Assembly: GCA_964566135.1 (NCBI GenBank)
Contig: CAZMHM010000001.1
Span: forward strand, 133,829-197,828
Source of the DNA: an uncultured Candidatus Saccharibacteria bacterium
Lineage (GTDB): Bacteria; Patescibacteriota; Saccharimonadia; Saccharimonadales; CAIOMD01
DNA length: 64,000 nucleotides
Direction: 5' to 3'
The notes beneath the pieces were generated by a model that was given only the letters and a program-made list of their open reading frames with translations, had not been told where the DNA came from and searched no databases. Both the position numbers and the translations under genes were made by a program. Of the stretch, positions 39,061 through 47,457 are shown piece by piece; the stretch's first letter is position 1, and each line of letters opens with the position of its first letter.

Positions 39061-39101
39061 CCCTCCGGGGCCAGACGATTCGTCGTCTCGGCCCCGGAGG
39101 G
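39061..39101 (+). terminator. 18-bp GC hairpin with UUCG loop (islet F 3' end)
   Basis: CCCTCCGGGGCCAGACGA-ttcg-TCGTCT(c)GGCCCCGGAGGG. Only a weak T-rich tail follows. Confidence 0.6.
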
Positions 39102-39164
39102 TTCTCCACATTACGACTTATGTTATACTGCTAATGCAGAAAAATTCTGCAGAGAAGAACTCTT

Positions 39165-39195
39165 AAAAGCCGCTCTTAAAATCAGAGCGGCTTTT
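39165..39195. terminator. bidirectional rho-independent terminator
   Basis: AAAAGCCGCTCT-taaaatc-AGAGCGGCTTTT. Confidence 0.65.
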
Positions 39196-39255
39196 ACTTT
39201 TTAAAATGCCTATGCTTGCATACCTAGCACCGTTTGCATACAGTATCCCGTAACT

Positions 39256-39411
39256 ATGAAATACGCGGTAATCCTTGCAGTGCTACTAAGTGCTTTTTAT
39301 ATAGGTGCTTCACAACTCGTGCTAGCCCAGCTCGACCAGCTAAAAGGGCAGTATCAAAACGCTGACGCCATCGCGCAAGCTATCGCAGCAGGCGATAGTA
39401 AGCATCGCTAA
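39256..39411 (+). CDS. candidate 51-aa secreted/membrane peptide
   Basis: MKYAVILAVLLSAFYIGASQLVLAQ signal-like N-terminus. Below the ORF-track size cut-off. No clear RBS. Confidence 0.3.
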   Translation: MKYAVILAVLLSAFYIGASQLVLAQLDQLKGQYQNADAIAQAIAAGDSKHR

Positions 39412-39455
39412 ACTAGTATATTTGTTGTATCATCTAGCTATATAAAGGGGGCGGT

Positions 39456-39842
39456 ATGATTCGACTTTTAGCAATGCTGGTTCTTAATTTACTTGCTAAC
39501 GCAGTGGGGCTATTTATAGCATCACTTCTACTTAGCGGATTTAGTATCGATGGTTTGTCATTTGTAATTGCGGTTTGTATTTTTACCGCAGCAGAGGTTA
39601 TCGCTGACCCACTCATTACAAAAATTGCTATTACCAACGTACCAGCACTTCGGGGTGGGGTAGCACTTGTAACAACTTTTGTAGGACTGCTTATAACAAC
39701 ACTTATATCGGATGGTATTACAGTTACCGGACTATCCACCTGGATACTCGCATCATTAATTGTTTGGCTATTTGCGCTCATCGCAACGCTCGTACTTCCA
39801 CTCATCATCTTTAAAAAGACGCTACAAAAGGCAAAAAGCTAA
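39456..39842 (+). CDS. phage holin family 4 / YvlD (DUF360)-like 4-TM membrane protein
   Basis: GGGGGCGG lies upstream. 4 TM. N-terminus LLANAVGLFIASLLLSGFSIDG is typical of the family. Confidence 0.6.
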   Translation: MIRLLAMLVLNLLANAVGLFIASLLLSGFSIDGLSFVIAVCIFTAAEVIADPLITKIAITNVPALRGGVALVTTFVGLLITTLISDGITVTGLSTWILASLIVWLFALIATLVLPLIIFKKTLQKAKS

Positions 39843-40367
39843 ATGACAGAGCTAGAGCTGGAACTTACCTACTTAGCAAAACAAATTCCTGCAGAGATTG
39901 CTGGCGTAACACCAAAATTATTACAGGATTATTATATTCCTGCCCAAGCAGACCACGCGCATCTTAGGCTACGCAACAAGGCAGGGAACTACGAAATTAC
40001 AAAAAAGGAGCCTGTTTCTGGAAGTGATTCATCAGCCCAAAACGAGCACACAATAAAACTGACAAAAGAGGAGTTTGAGGCACTTGCCGTGAGTAGCGAC
40101 CGTATCGTTCAGAAGAATCGTTATAACGTTGTTATACAAGGCTACCCTGCAGAAGTGGATGTATTTCTTGGCAAGCTTGAAGGATTGGTCCTTATCGACT
40201 TTGAATTCTTGAATTACAAAACACAGGCAGCCTTTACAATGCCAGATATCTGCCTCTGCGATATCACACAAGATAAATGGGCTGCAGGTGGTGTATTGTC
40301 CGGAAAATCATATGCAGATATCGAACCTATACTTGATAGCTACGGGTATACTAAGCTAATTCTTTAA
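39843..40367 (+). CDS. CYTH-domain (triphosphate tunnel metalloenzyme) protein
   Basis: The start abuts the previous stop. ELELELTYL (ExExK-like first strand), RLRNKAGNYEITKK and VDVFLGKLEGLVLIDFEF. Confidence 0.65.
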   Translation: MTELELELTYLAKQIPAEIAGVTPKLLQDYYIPAQADHAHLRLRNKAGNYEITKKEPVSGSDSSAQNEHTIKLTKEEFEALAVSSDRIVQKNRYNVVIQGYPAEVDVFLGKLEGLVLIDFEFLNYKTQAAFTMPDICLCDITQDKWAAGGVLSGKSYADIEPILDSYGYTKLIL

Positions 40368-40896
40368 ACAATTCTCGTACTGCTGGGTAGTTTTTTGATG
40401 CTGTGTAAGAGGCTTCATATTCTGCTTCGGGCAGCTCCGACCGAGTAACTTGCAAACCATCCGGGATAAACATCCTATCCCACCCAAAGCCGCGTGTGCC
40501 ACGCGGGCCAGATGCGATAGTACCTTTTTGGAAGCCCTCAATAACTCGCAGTTCTGCACCGTCATAGTACGTCCACACGCAAATTGCGGTGGCGCTTCTG
40601 TCTTCAAAACCATCTAACATCCGTGCAGTATTTTCTAATCCAGCATCGTCAACAAACCACTTAATGAGCGCGCCAGGCAAACCATTAAGCGCACTAAATG
40701 CTAAGCCAACATCTTCTACTAATACTGGTTTTTTCAATATTGCATAAGCTTGACGGGCTTTATGCTCGGAGACTTTGCGGACATCAACGGATTGGATTTC
40801 GTCGAGCTCAAGTTTTTCGATTGCAACATCGAAGCCTATCCACTTTGCGAGTGCATCGGCTTTGCCTTGATTGCCCGTAATAAATGTCACGCTCAT
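40351..40896 (-). CDS. rdgB: non-canonical purine NTP pyrophosphatase (RdgB/HAM1 family)
   Basis: FITGNQGKA, GLPGALIKWF and RGTRGFGWDRMFIP motifs. Confidence 0.85.
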   Translation of the reverse strand: MSVTFITGNQGKADALAKWIGFDVAIEKLELDEIQSVDVRKVSEHKARQAYAILKKPVLVEDVGLAFSALNGLPGALIKWFVDDAGLENTARMLDGFEDRSATAICVWTYYDGAELRVIEGFQKGTIASGPRGTRGFGWDRMFIPDGLQVTRSELPEAEYEASYTASKNYPAVRELFKELA

Positions 40897-40914
40897 AGCG
40901 ACATTATTACATAT

Positions 40915-41367
40915 TTATTCTGAAACGCGTCGATACGGTTCGGTGCGGGCCATTAAGCATAGCCCCGTCATGTCTTCGCCCAGCGAAACTTGTGAACCGG
41001 TTGCAAGAAAACCAAGGTCTTCAATTGCGTGCCAGTATGGCAATATATTGGGCTTAACCTGGGTTGCTTCGGTAAAATTCGCTTGCCGTTGTCCGGCATT
41101 TTCGTATAGATCTATGCCAACGTCCGAAAGCGCGTCGCGTGGTTCGCTACTTGCACGGGCCACCCATATACCACCACGCTGAATCTCGAGCCCCGGATTA
41201 CGTTTTGTTTGGGCAGCAAAGTTCGATTCGATTGTTTGTTGTATCGCAGCACGCGACACATTAAGTACTTCGTGAAATCGTTCGGGCGTGACTGCACACT
41301 CGCCAGTTAGTTGCATAAACGCGCCATCAACTAGCAATGTTGATTTGTATTGAATTTTTACATCCAT
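40915..41367 (-). CDS. hypothetical protein
   Basis: 150-aa ORF. No motif recognised. Confidence 0.5.
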   Translation of the reverse strand: MDVKIQYKSTLLVDGAFMQLTGECAVTPERFHEVLNVSRAAIQQTIESNFAAQTKRNPGLEIQRGGIWVARASSEPRDALSDVGIDLYENAGQRQANFTEATQVKPNILPYWHAIEDLGFLATGSQVSLGEDMTGLCLMARTEPYRRVSE

Positions 41368-41416
41368 GATTAAAACTATTATATAACTTTTTTATAAATA
41401 ATTCAAATATCACTGC

Positions 41417-42157
41417 CTATTTAAACAGAGAAGGGAGCGTGAATTTCTCGCGCATGTGTGCCGCACGTGGTGCGATGTAAAGCGCCAATATAAGCGCAAA
41501 TAATACCGCGAATCCACACATGATTGACGGAATCCCAGCACGGGTTTCTGGCTTTACAGTATTCGCAATGCCCGTAGGAACTAAAAACACCAAGTAACCA
41601 ACAAGTAAGCCGCCAACTTGCTGTTTTATATTTTTTACAGTTTTACTATGCGTAAATAAGCGGTAGCCAATAAGCATTGCAGCAAGTAGCCAGCCGTAAT
41701 AATACAATCCATATACCCGGGCAGGAGCCATGCCAATCTGAAAAATCACATAGTTACCGGTACACTCGTGGCCGACAAACGCAGTGGGCGAAAGCAAGAA
41801 ATATGCCATAGCTACTGCCATTGTACTGTACGCTACAACAACTAATTTGCGTGATTGCTTGCCCGAAATAACATACAACATATGCAAGCCAAGCGGTGGC
41901 AAGGCAGTGATAGCGACGTAGCCTATGCGCGACCACGTAGACGCACTAGCACCCATACCGCCGCATACAAAATATTCACTAAGCTGGAACAGCGCCAATG
42001 CACCAAGTGCAGCAACAATAAGCCGAGTTGTATTGGTCATGTGATATCGGACAATAACGTACAAAGCTAGTGTTACTTCAATCAAAAAAGACGCAACCAT
42101 AACCGGTGGCGAGAAGCAGTACAATGTGAGTGACTTTTTGGCATTAGTTGTACGCAT
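41417..42157 (-). CDS. hypothetical 7-TM membrane protein
   Basis: 246-aa ORF with about seven hydrophobic segments. Confidence 0.55.
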   Translation of the reverse strand: MRTTNAKKSLTLYCFSPPVMVASFLIEVTLALYVIVRYHMTNTTRLIVAALGALALFQLSEYFVCGGMGASASTWSRIGYVAITALPPLGLHMLYVISGKQSRKLVVVAYSTMAVAMAYFLLSPTAFVGHECTGNYVIFQIGMAPARVYGLYYYGWLLAAMLIGYRLFTHSKTVKNIKQQVGGLLVGYLVFLVPTGIANTVKPETRAGIPSIMCGFAVLFALILALYIAPRAAHMREKFTLPSLFK

Positions 42158-42201
42158 GATTACTGTAAGTTAAACAGCAAACGTTACCTAGCACAAGCAG
42201 T

Positions 42202-42229
42202 AAAAAAGACCCCCGGAAATCCGGGGGTC
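42202..42229 (-). terminator. rho-independent terminator of the aquaporin gene
   Basis: Minus strand GACCCCCGG-attt-CCGGGGGTC followed by TTTTTT. Confidence 0.8.
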
Positions 42230-42251
42230 ATAAATGAGCTATATATAGTAC

Positions 42252-43019
42252 TTATTTTTTAGCTGATTTTTTGGCTGGAGCTTTTTTAGCAGGAGCCTTC
42301 TTGGCTGGAGCTTTTTTAGCTTTTGCAGCAGGTGCTGATTTAACTTCTGCCTTTGGAGCAGATGCTACAACCTTAGCTGGCGATGCAGCTACCTTTGATT
42401 TCTTGCCAAAAATTGGATAGAGCACATAGGCCACAAGCACAGAACCGACGATAAAGCCGACTACAGGGCCGAGGAAGTAGTTAAGGTCAAAGCTGCGTAC
42501 ACCAAGTGCAACAGCTGGGTTAACAATACCGTTTGAAGCCAAGCCAGCAACAGTGATACCGAGGAATAGTGATACACCTACGGTAGCGGCAGCCTGCCAA
42601 CCTTCGAGCTTTTCGTGTACAACTGCAACTACAGCACCAAGGGCAAATACAAATGCACCAACTGCTTCAGCAGTAAAGATGCGCCAGTCAAAAGGCGTTG
42701 TCGCATTTTTTAGAGTGCGATCAGTAAAGTACTGATACAACTGCCATGCACCAAGTGCGGCAACAGCTTGTGCTACTAAGTAGCCAACTGTTTTGATGAA
42801 GCTGAGTTGACGAATACTAAATAAACCAAGCGTAAATGCTGGGTTAAAGTTTGCACCCGATAGGTGAGCAAACGCACTCGTAAAAGCAGCTACAGACAAA
42901 CCTGCAGCAATCGCCGTGAAAAACGGCAAGCCATAACGGCTTACATTAAGAACTACCAAGACAAGCACAAATGTACCTAGAGCCTCAGCCAGCAGCGCAG
43001 CAATGTGTCGCTGTTTCAT
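42252..43019 (-). CDS. MIP/aquaporin-family channel with Lys/Ala/Pro-rich C-terminal tail
   Basis: Two NPA boxes (GANFNPAFT, VNPAVAL). Tail AKKAPAKKAPAKKAPAKKSAKK. Confidence 0.85.
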   Translation of the reverse strand: MKQRHIAALLAEALGTFVLVLVVLNVSRYGLPFFTAIAAGLSVAAFTSAFAHLSGANFNPAFTLGLFSIRQLSFIKTVGYLVAQAVAALGAWQLYQYFTDRTLKNATTPFDWRIFTAEAVGAFVFALGAVVAVVHEKLEGWQAAATVGVSLFLGITVAGLASNGIVNPAVALGVRSFDLNYFLGPVVGFIVGSVLVAYVLYPIFGKKSKVAASPAKVVASAPKAEVKSAPAAKAKKAPAKKAPAKKAPAKKSAKK

Positions 43020-43155
43020 GTTAGGAACCCTCCTTAATTAATCTTATGGCTTAACGATAAGTGTAATGAAATAAAAAATCAAGGGGTTATCTCTGATAAC
43101 AGATGTAAAACCATCAGCCATAAGCATAAGCAAAATAGTGGTATATACTTGTAAT

Positions 43156-43401
43156 ATGCATACCGTAACTATTTATTCGACACCAACATGCGGGTTCTGC
43201 CACATGGCAAAACAATACCTTACAAAAATAAATGTTCCGTACGAAGAAATTGATGTGACAAGCAATGGCGAAGGTTTTAAGTGGATTCTGGACCATACCG
43301 GCCAAGCCGGAGTGCCGGTAATACGCATTGACGAAGAAACAATTATTGGCTTTGATAGGCCAAAAATTGACGCAGCCCTGACTGCGGCAAAGCTTATCTA
43401 A
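43156..43401 (+). CDS. glutaredoxin-like protein (NrdH/YruB type)
   Basis: VTIYSTPTCGFCHMAKQYL CxxC motif and GVPVI motif. Start at ATG 43156 or 43138. Confidence 0.8.
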   Translation: MHTVTIYSTPTCGFCHMAKQYLTKINVPYEEIDVTSNGEGFKWILDHTGQAGVPVIRIDEETIIGFDRPKIDAALTAAKLI

Positions 43402-43471
43402 AACAGCATATATAGTGTTTTTTGTTGATTTGACTACGCTATATGTGTGATAATGAGGATGGAGTACGCGC

Positions 43472-44245
43472 ATGTCACTACACAATGTTCCACCATCCGA
43501 AACCGAGGAATCACCAGACGCAAAAGTCATTCCGATTCAACGTGGTAATCGTGGCAACACACAAGTAAACATTACACTTGACGCTCGTACCTTCTTAGAA
43601 AAAATCGAACCAAAATTGCCGTCAGAAGCAAAGACATCATCAACCGATAGGGAACTACCAAACGGTTCTGATGTCTTTATGTTTTTTTTGGAACAAATTG
43701 GCGCAGTACCAACCGAAGATGACATTGCAAAGCAGCAAAATGTTGTGGCGCAACTGCGCTTTGTACAGCACGAAGCCACTGTTATACCAACGCTTAAGCA
43801 ATCGTTAGTCAGTACAAAGACTCGTATAGAAAAACTCGAACACGCCCTTATTGCGCTTGACCTACATACCGTTGACGTAAGTGATTCTGATATTGATGCC
43901 GCGCAACACGCGCTTGATGTGCTGCGCGCAGAACGAGAGGCTGAAGAAAAACGGCTAGAAGACCTGCAAAAGAAATATGATGACATTTTTTACCCCGGCG
44001 GGACAACGCGGTTCGATTCGTTTGCGGGCACTGAGCTGTTCGAACAAACGGACGGGATAGTCGAAGATGACGCGCTGTTACGATTTGCAGAACAAGCGCG
44101 GGTAATTGGCCGAGAAAAAAGCGCTCGTGCGGCAAACGCCGGACGCAATTTTGAACGATTCGCTCGATTTATGATTTTCGACCAACAAGTACGGCCACTG
44201 CAAAAAACAGAAATGACAAATAATGAGGTAGACGAATCAGAGTAA
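43472..44245 (+). CDS. hypothetical coiled-coil protein
   Basis: 257-aa ORF. Charged helical centre (EREAEEKRLEDLQKKY). Confidence 0.5.
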   Translation: MSLHNVPPSETEESPDAKVIPIQRGNRGNTQVNITLDARTFLEKIEPKLPSEAKTSSTDRELPNGSDVFMFFLEQIGAVPTEDDIAKQQNVVAQLRFVQHEATVIPTLKQSLVSTKTRIEKLEHALIALDLHTVDVSDSDIDAAQHALDVLRAEREAEEKRLEDLQKKYDDIFYPGGTTRFDSFAGTELFEQTDGIVEDDALLRFAEQARVIGREKSARAANAGRNFERFARFMIFDQQVRPLQKTEMTNNEVDESE

Positions 44246-44269
44246 ATTACTTATGATTATTAAATAATT

Positions 44270-44839
44270 ATGGCATTTGAAGACTTTAAGACAAAAGACA
44301 GTGTGGTGATAGTATATACCGGCGAAGGTAAGGGCAAAACAAGTGCCAGCCTTGGTTTGATGATTCGTGCGCTCGGCGCGAATTGGCGCGTAGCGTACAT
44401 ACAATTTATTAAACACTGGAAAGTAAACGAACATAAATTTATAGAGAAAATACAGCCAACATTCGGCGATAAACTATTGTTTTATAAAGGCGGAGCTGGG
44501 TTTTATCATGCTGGCGAATTGAGCGCAAAGGGTATTAGCGATACACAGCACCACGACATGGCGCTTGCTACCTACGAAATCGCGCTTGATGCAGCCACCA
44601 ATGGCATGTTTGACCTTGTCATATGTGACGAAATAAATAATGCTGTGCACGATGGTTTACTCGACGAATCTAAACTCGCCAAACTTATTGCCAATCGCAG
44701 CCCTAAAACAAGCCTATGCCTTACCGGTCGCAATTTTCCTAAAGATCTTTTGCCGGCAGTTGATATTGCAACCAATATGACCAAAATCAAACACCACTTT
44801 GATGACAAATATCTTGCCAACACCGGCATTGACTACTAG
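44270..44839 (+). CDS. cob(I)yrinic acid a,c-diamide adenosyltransferase (CobA/CobO/BtuR family P-loop protein)
   Basis: YTGEGKGKTSASLGLMIRALGANWRVAYIQFIK and ICDEINNA motifs. Confidence 0.7.
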   Translation: MAFEDFKTKDSVVIVYTGEGKGKTSASLGLMIRALGANWRVAYIQFIKHWKVNEHKFIEKIQPTFGDKLLFYKGGAGFYHAGELSAKGISDTQHHDMALATYEIALDAATNGMFDLVICDEINNAVHDGLLDESKLAKLIANRSPKTSLCLTGRNFPKDLLPAVDIATNMTKIKHHFDDKYLANTGIDY

Positions 44840-44863
44840 TAAACCTATGCTATAGTCGCATAT

Positions 44864-45250
44864 ATGGATACCTACCCAGGTAGAACCCCCGAGCAAACAA
44901 GTGAAGCGTGGTTGCTTATGTTGAAAGAAACGCAGGCGCGTTTTACCTACTACAAAGCTATTGGCGGTTACTTAACGAAGGAAAATGCGAGCCTTGACGA
45001 AAAGATGCTCGAACAAATGACGGCAGTCGTCGAGGCAACAAGCCAGCAGCTTGATGGTTCGTTTGCTATCGTTTCATATATACAAAACGATACGCCCCTT
45101 ACCGGGCTTGTGTGTGGGTTTGGATTTGATACAGAAGATGGTTTGGTGTTTTTAGCCCGACAGTCACAACATCATGCCCCCGAACCGGTACTTGTTGAAT
45201 CAGTTATAAGTTTGCAAACGCCACGGCCAACGCATCCAGCGTTTGGCTAG
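44864..45250 (+). CDS. hypothetical protein
   Basis: 128-aa ORF. Confidence 0.45.
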   Translation: MDTYPGRTPEQTSEAWLLMLKETQARFTYYKAIGGYLTKENASLDEKMLEQMTAVVEATSQQLDGSFAIVSYIQNDTPLTGLVCGFGFDTEDGLVFLARQSQHHAPEPVLVESVISLQTPRPTHPAFG

Positions 45251-46413
45251 GACTCCTCGAATAAATCTGGCAATTCACCTTGTGAGCGGCGGTTTTTGAC
45301 AGCTTGCAAGAATTCTTCTAAATCTTTTTCGGGTACGAGTGATGGATCGTGACGGAGCATCATATCCAGTAGTTTAATCACTCCATCACCGACACCACGC
45401 ATGACTGCTTCACGGCGCTGCCCAAGCTTTGCAACTTCTTCTATATCAAACATCATATCTGGCTCGCTCATTTCGCGCCGGATATCACGCACTCGTCGCT
45501 GTATGAACATGTCAACCTCTGCCGCATTCCACTTACGCCATGATCGACCTTGTTTAACTTCATCTTTTGTTGGAATCTGGCGATGTTTAGCAATCTTAAA
45601 TGTATCTATCAACACTGCCTCGGCGGCATACGCATCTGCCGTTGGCGTATTTGTATTACGTAAATCACCATTGCTTTCGAGCTGTCTGCCCCTAGTAAGC
45701 AACGCCTCATGCAAATGCCACATATTAACAACATCTGTATAGGTTACGTTGCCTTTGAGCATTTCTGTTTTTACTTCATCGGGCATTTGAGCATATCTAA
45801 GCGCGCTACGAACGGTTGTTTCACTTACTGCTAATCTTTGTGCAACGCTGACGATTGTTGGTGGAATTCCTTCGGGATCTTGCTGTTTGCGCCACTCATA
45901 ATATTTGTGGATTGCATCTGCTTTGTCTTCGACCGGAGGGGTATGCTGGACGTTTTCTCGAAGTTGTCGCACAAGCGCCTGTTCGAACGAAAGATTTTCG
46001 GCTTGAAACACTTCAATCGTGAGGTCATCGAGCTTAAACCCAGCAATATCCGCCGCAATACCAAATGCCATAGTGCGTCGATGTCCAAAGTCGCATACTC
46101 TTGCGACACCATTGTGCCAAATAAGATCACTGGCATCATAGGCTGTGCCATGAAACAGATTAAAATCTAGCAAATAGCGTTCCGCGGCCTCTGCTGAGTC
46201 AAATGCAATATAACTTGGGCGCTGAAGCAACACGATTGTCGCGTTATCTTCATCGTCAAACTCGAGCATGGATTGCGCAAGCTCAACGAGTGCCGTGGGG
46301 TCGTAGTGCGACCGTGTTTGCTTTAGAAGGGATAGTGAAGCGTAGGGTACTTCGGCAAGTTCGCCAGCACCATATTCAACACGCACCAGTGATTTCTCGG
46401 TCTTTGTTTCCAT
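45247..46413 (-). CDS. ParB/sulfiredoxin-like N-terminal domain protein with HTH (orphan; no parA nearby)
   Basis: Start moved to METKTEK behind GAGAGAGGG. FGHRRT (GxRR box). HTH VSVAQRLAVSETTVRSALRY. Confidence 0.55.
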   Translation of the reverse strand: METKTEKSLVRVEYGAGELAEVPYASLSLLKQTRSHYDPTALVELAQSMLEFDDEDNATIVLLQRPSYIAFDSAEAAERYLLDFNLFHGTAYDASDLIWHNGVARVCDFGHRRTMAFGIAADIAGFKLDDLTIEVFQAENLSFEQALVRQLRENVQHTPPVEDKADAIHKYYEWRKQQDPEGIPPTIVSVAQRLAVSETTVRSALRYAQMPDEVKTEMLKGNVTYTDVVNMWHLHEALLTRGRQLESNGDLRNTNTPTADAYAAEAVLIDTFKIAKHRQIPTKDEVKQGRSWRKWNAAEVDMFIQRRVRDIRREMSEPDMMFDIEEVAKLGQRREAVMRGVGDGVIKLLDMMLRHDPSLVPEKDLEEFLQAVKNRRSQGELPDLFEES

Positions 46414-46477
46414 AGCCCTCTCTCTCTTGGTTTTGAGTATAAAACTGTTTACCAAGAAATTCTATAAAACTATTTTT

Positions 46478-47083
46478 TTACAACGTACTGTGATGTGATT
46501 CGTGTGAGTCTGTCGCCACTTTATAGCCGAGTGCAAGCGAGCCAATACTTATGAGTAAACCGGCAGCTCCATCGCTATAGCCAGCTGTAACTTCGTTAAA
46601 AGCTATTCCCGCAACAGTAATACTCGATAACACTGTGTCAGTGGCATTATGCCAAATGCCGTGGCGGCGGCCATTAGTATCGCCAGATGTTTGTACGCTT
46701 TTATGTAAAAAGAAAGCATTAACCCCAACCGCGCCAAGCTCCATAGCAAGGGCAGTATACGCAACGTCAGCTTCTGGGTTGGCAAGCGATTCGACAGCAT
46801 GATACCCCGTAAGAACACCACCAGCGGCAATAGCAACACCCGCCATGGCCTGGAATACTTTTGTTCGGCTCGTTACATGATGCTCGGCATGCTCCACCTG
46901 GCTTGTGTGCGTGGAACGATGTAATAGGTGAGCAATCGAATCTAGTACATTGTGCACGCCATCAGCAACTTGGGCACTGCTACCGGTAAAAATTGCCGCT
47001 ATAGTATTGGCTGCACCAATGCCAAGATTCGCCAATGCTGCCTGACGTGATACAGTTGCAAATTCAGACTCATGATTCTTCAC
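46478..47083 (-). CDS. cation-efflux (CDF) transmembrane-domain-like protein, lacks the usual cytoplasmic C-domain
   Basis: GTG start behind AAGGTG. SSAQVADGVHNVLDSIAH resembles the CDF TM2 metal site. His-rich loops. Confidence 0.5.
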   Translation of the reverse strand: MKNHESEFATVSRQAALANLGIGAANTIAAIFTGSSAQVADGVHNVLDSIAHLLHRSTHTSQVEHAEHHVTSRTKVFQAMAGVAIAAGGVLTGYHAVESLANPEADVAYTALAMELGAVGVNAFFLHKSVQTSGDTNGRRHGIWHNATDTVLSSITVAGIAFNEVTAGYSDGAAGLLISIGSLALGYKVATDSHESHHSTL

Positions 47084-47103
47084 ATTAACACCTTAGCAAT
47101 CTG

Positions 47104-47129
47104 TTATTCTCAGCATTCGCTCAGAATAA
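47104..47129. promoter_or_regulatory. inverted repeat (candidate operator or leader hairpin) upstream of the CDF-like gene
   Basis: TTATTCTCAGC-attc-GCTCAGAATAA (10 of 11 positions symmetric), 20-45 nt upstream of the start at 47083. Confidence 0.4.
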
Positions 47130-47185
47130 ACTAAGTTATCCACAATTACTAGTCTTAACAGGGGTGAGCACTTTTTTTGGCACTC

Positions 47186-47214
47186 TTGACCTTAGAGTGC
47201 TAATTAAGTACTAT
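47186..47214 (+). promoter_or_regulatory. sigma70-like promoter with no CDS downstream
   Basis: TTGACC-N17-TACTAT. Confidence 0.4.
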
Positions 47215-47220
47215 AGTAGT

Positions 47221-47448
47221 GTAGTAATTGATTTGGGAAATTACTATCTGAGGCGGGGTTTTAGACAAGCCACGACGACCGGAACAAGCCTTATATAGCG
47301 CATGTTTACCACTAGTCTAGGTACTTACAAAAGCCCGTGTTTATAGAGCAGCGATTCGCTTACCCTGAGCAGGATTTTATGTTGGCTACCTCCTTTGCCA
47401 ATATATGCCCACCTTGCACAGAATCAAGCGGTTGGCTGCTCTTTTTTT
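47221..47448 (+). ncRNA. candidate small RNA (about 230 nt), class unassigned
   Basis: Lies downstream of the promoter above. 8-bp hairpin TAGTAATT/AATTACTA (47222-47246). Long-range pairs GCGGGGTTTTAGAC with GTCTAG..AAAAGCCCGT. 3' domain AGAGCAGCGATTC (47345-57) pairs with GAATC..GCTGCTCT (47421-42), followed by six T. Confidence 0.3.
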
Positions 47449-47457
47449 GTATGAAAA

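Noticed and set aside
39456-39842. The holin-family-4 gene as evidence of a prophage lysis cassette.
   Set aside because: No endolysin, spanin or other phage genes are adjacent. This family (YvlD/DUF360) is widespread as a chromosomal membrane protein.
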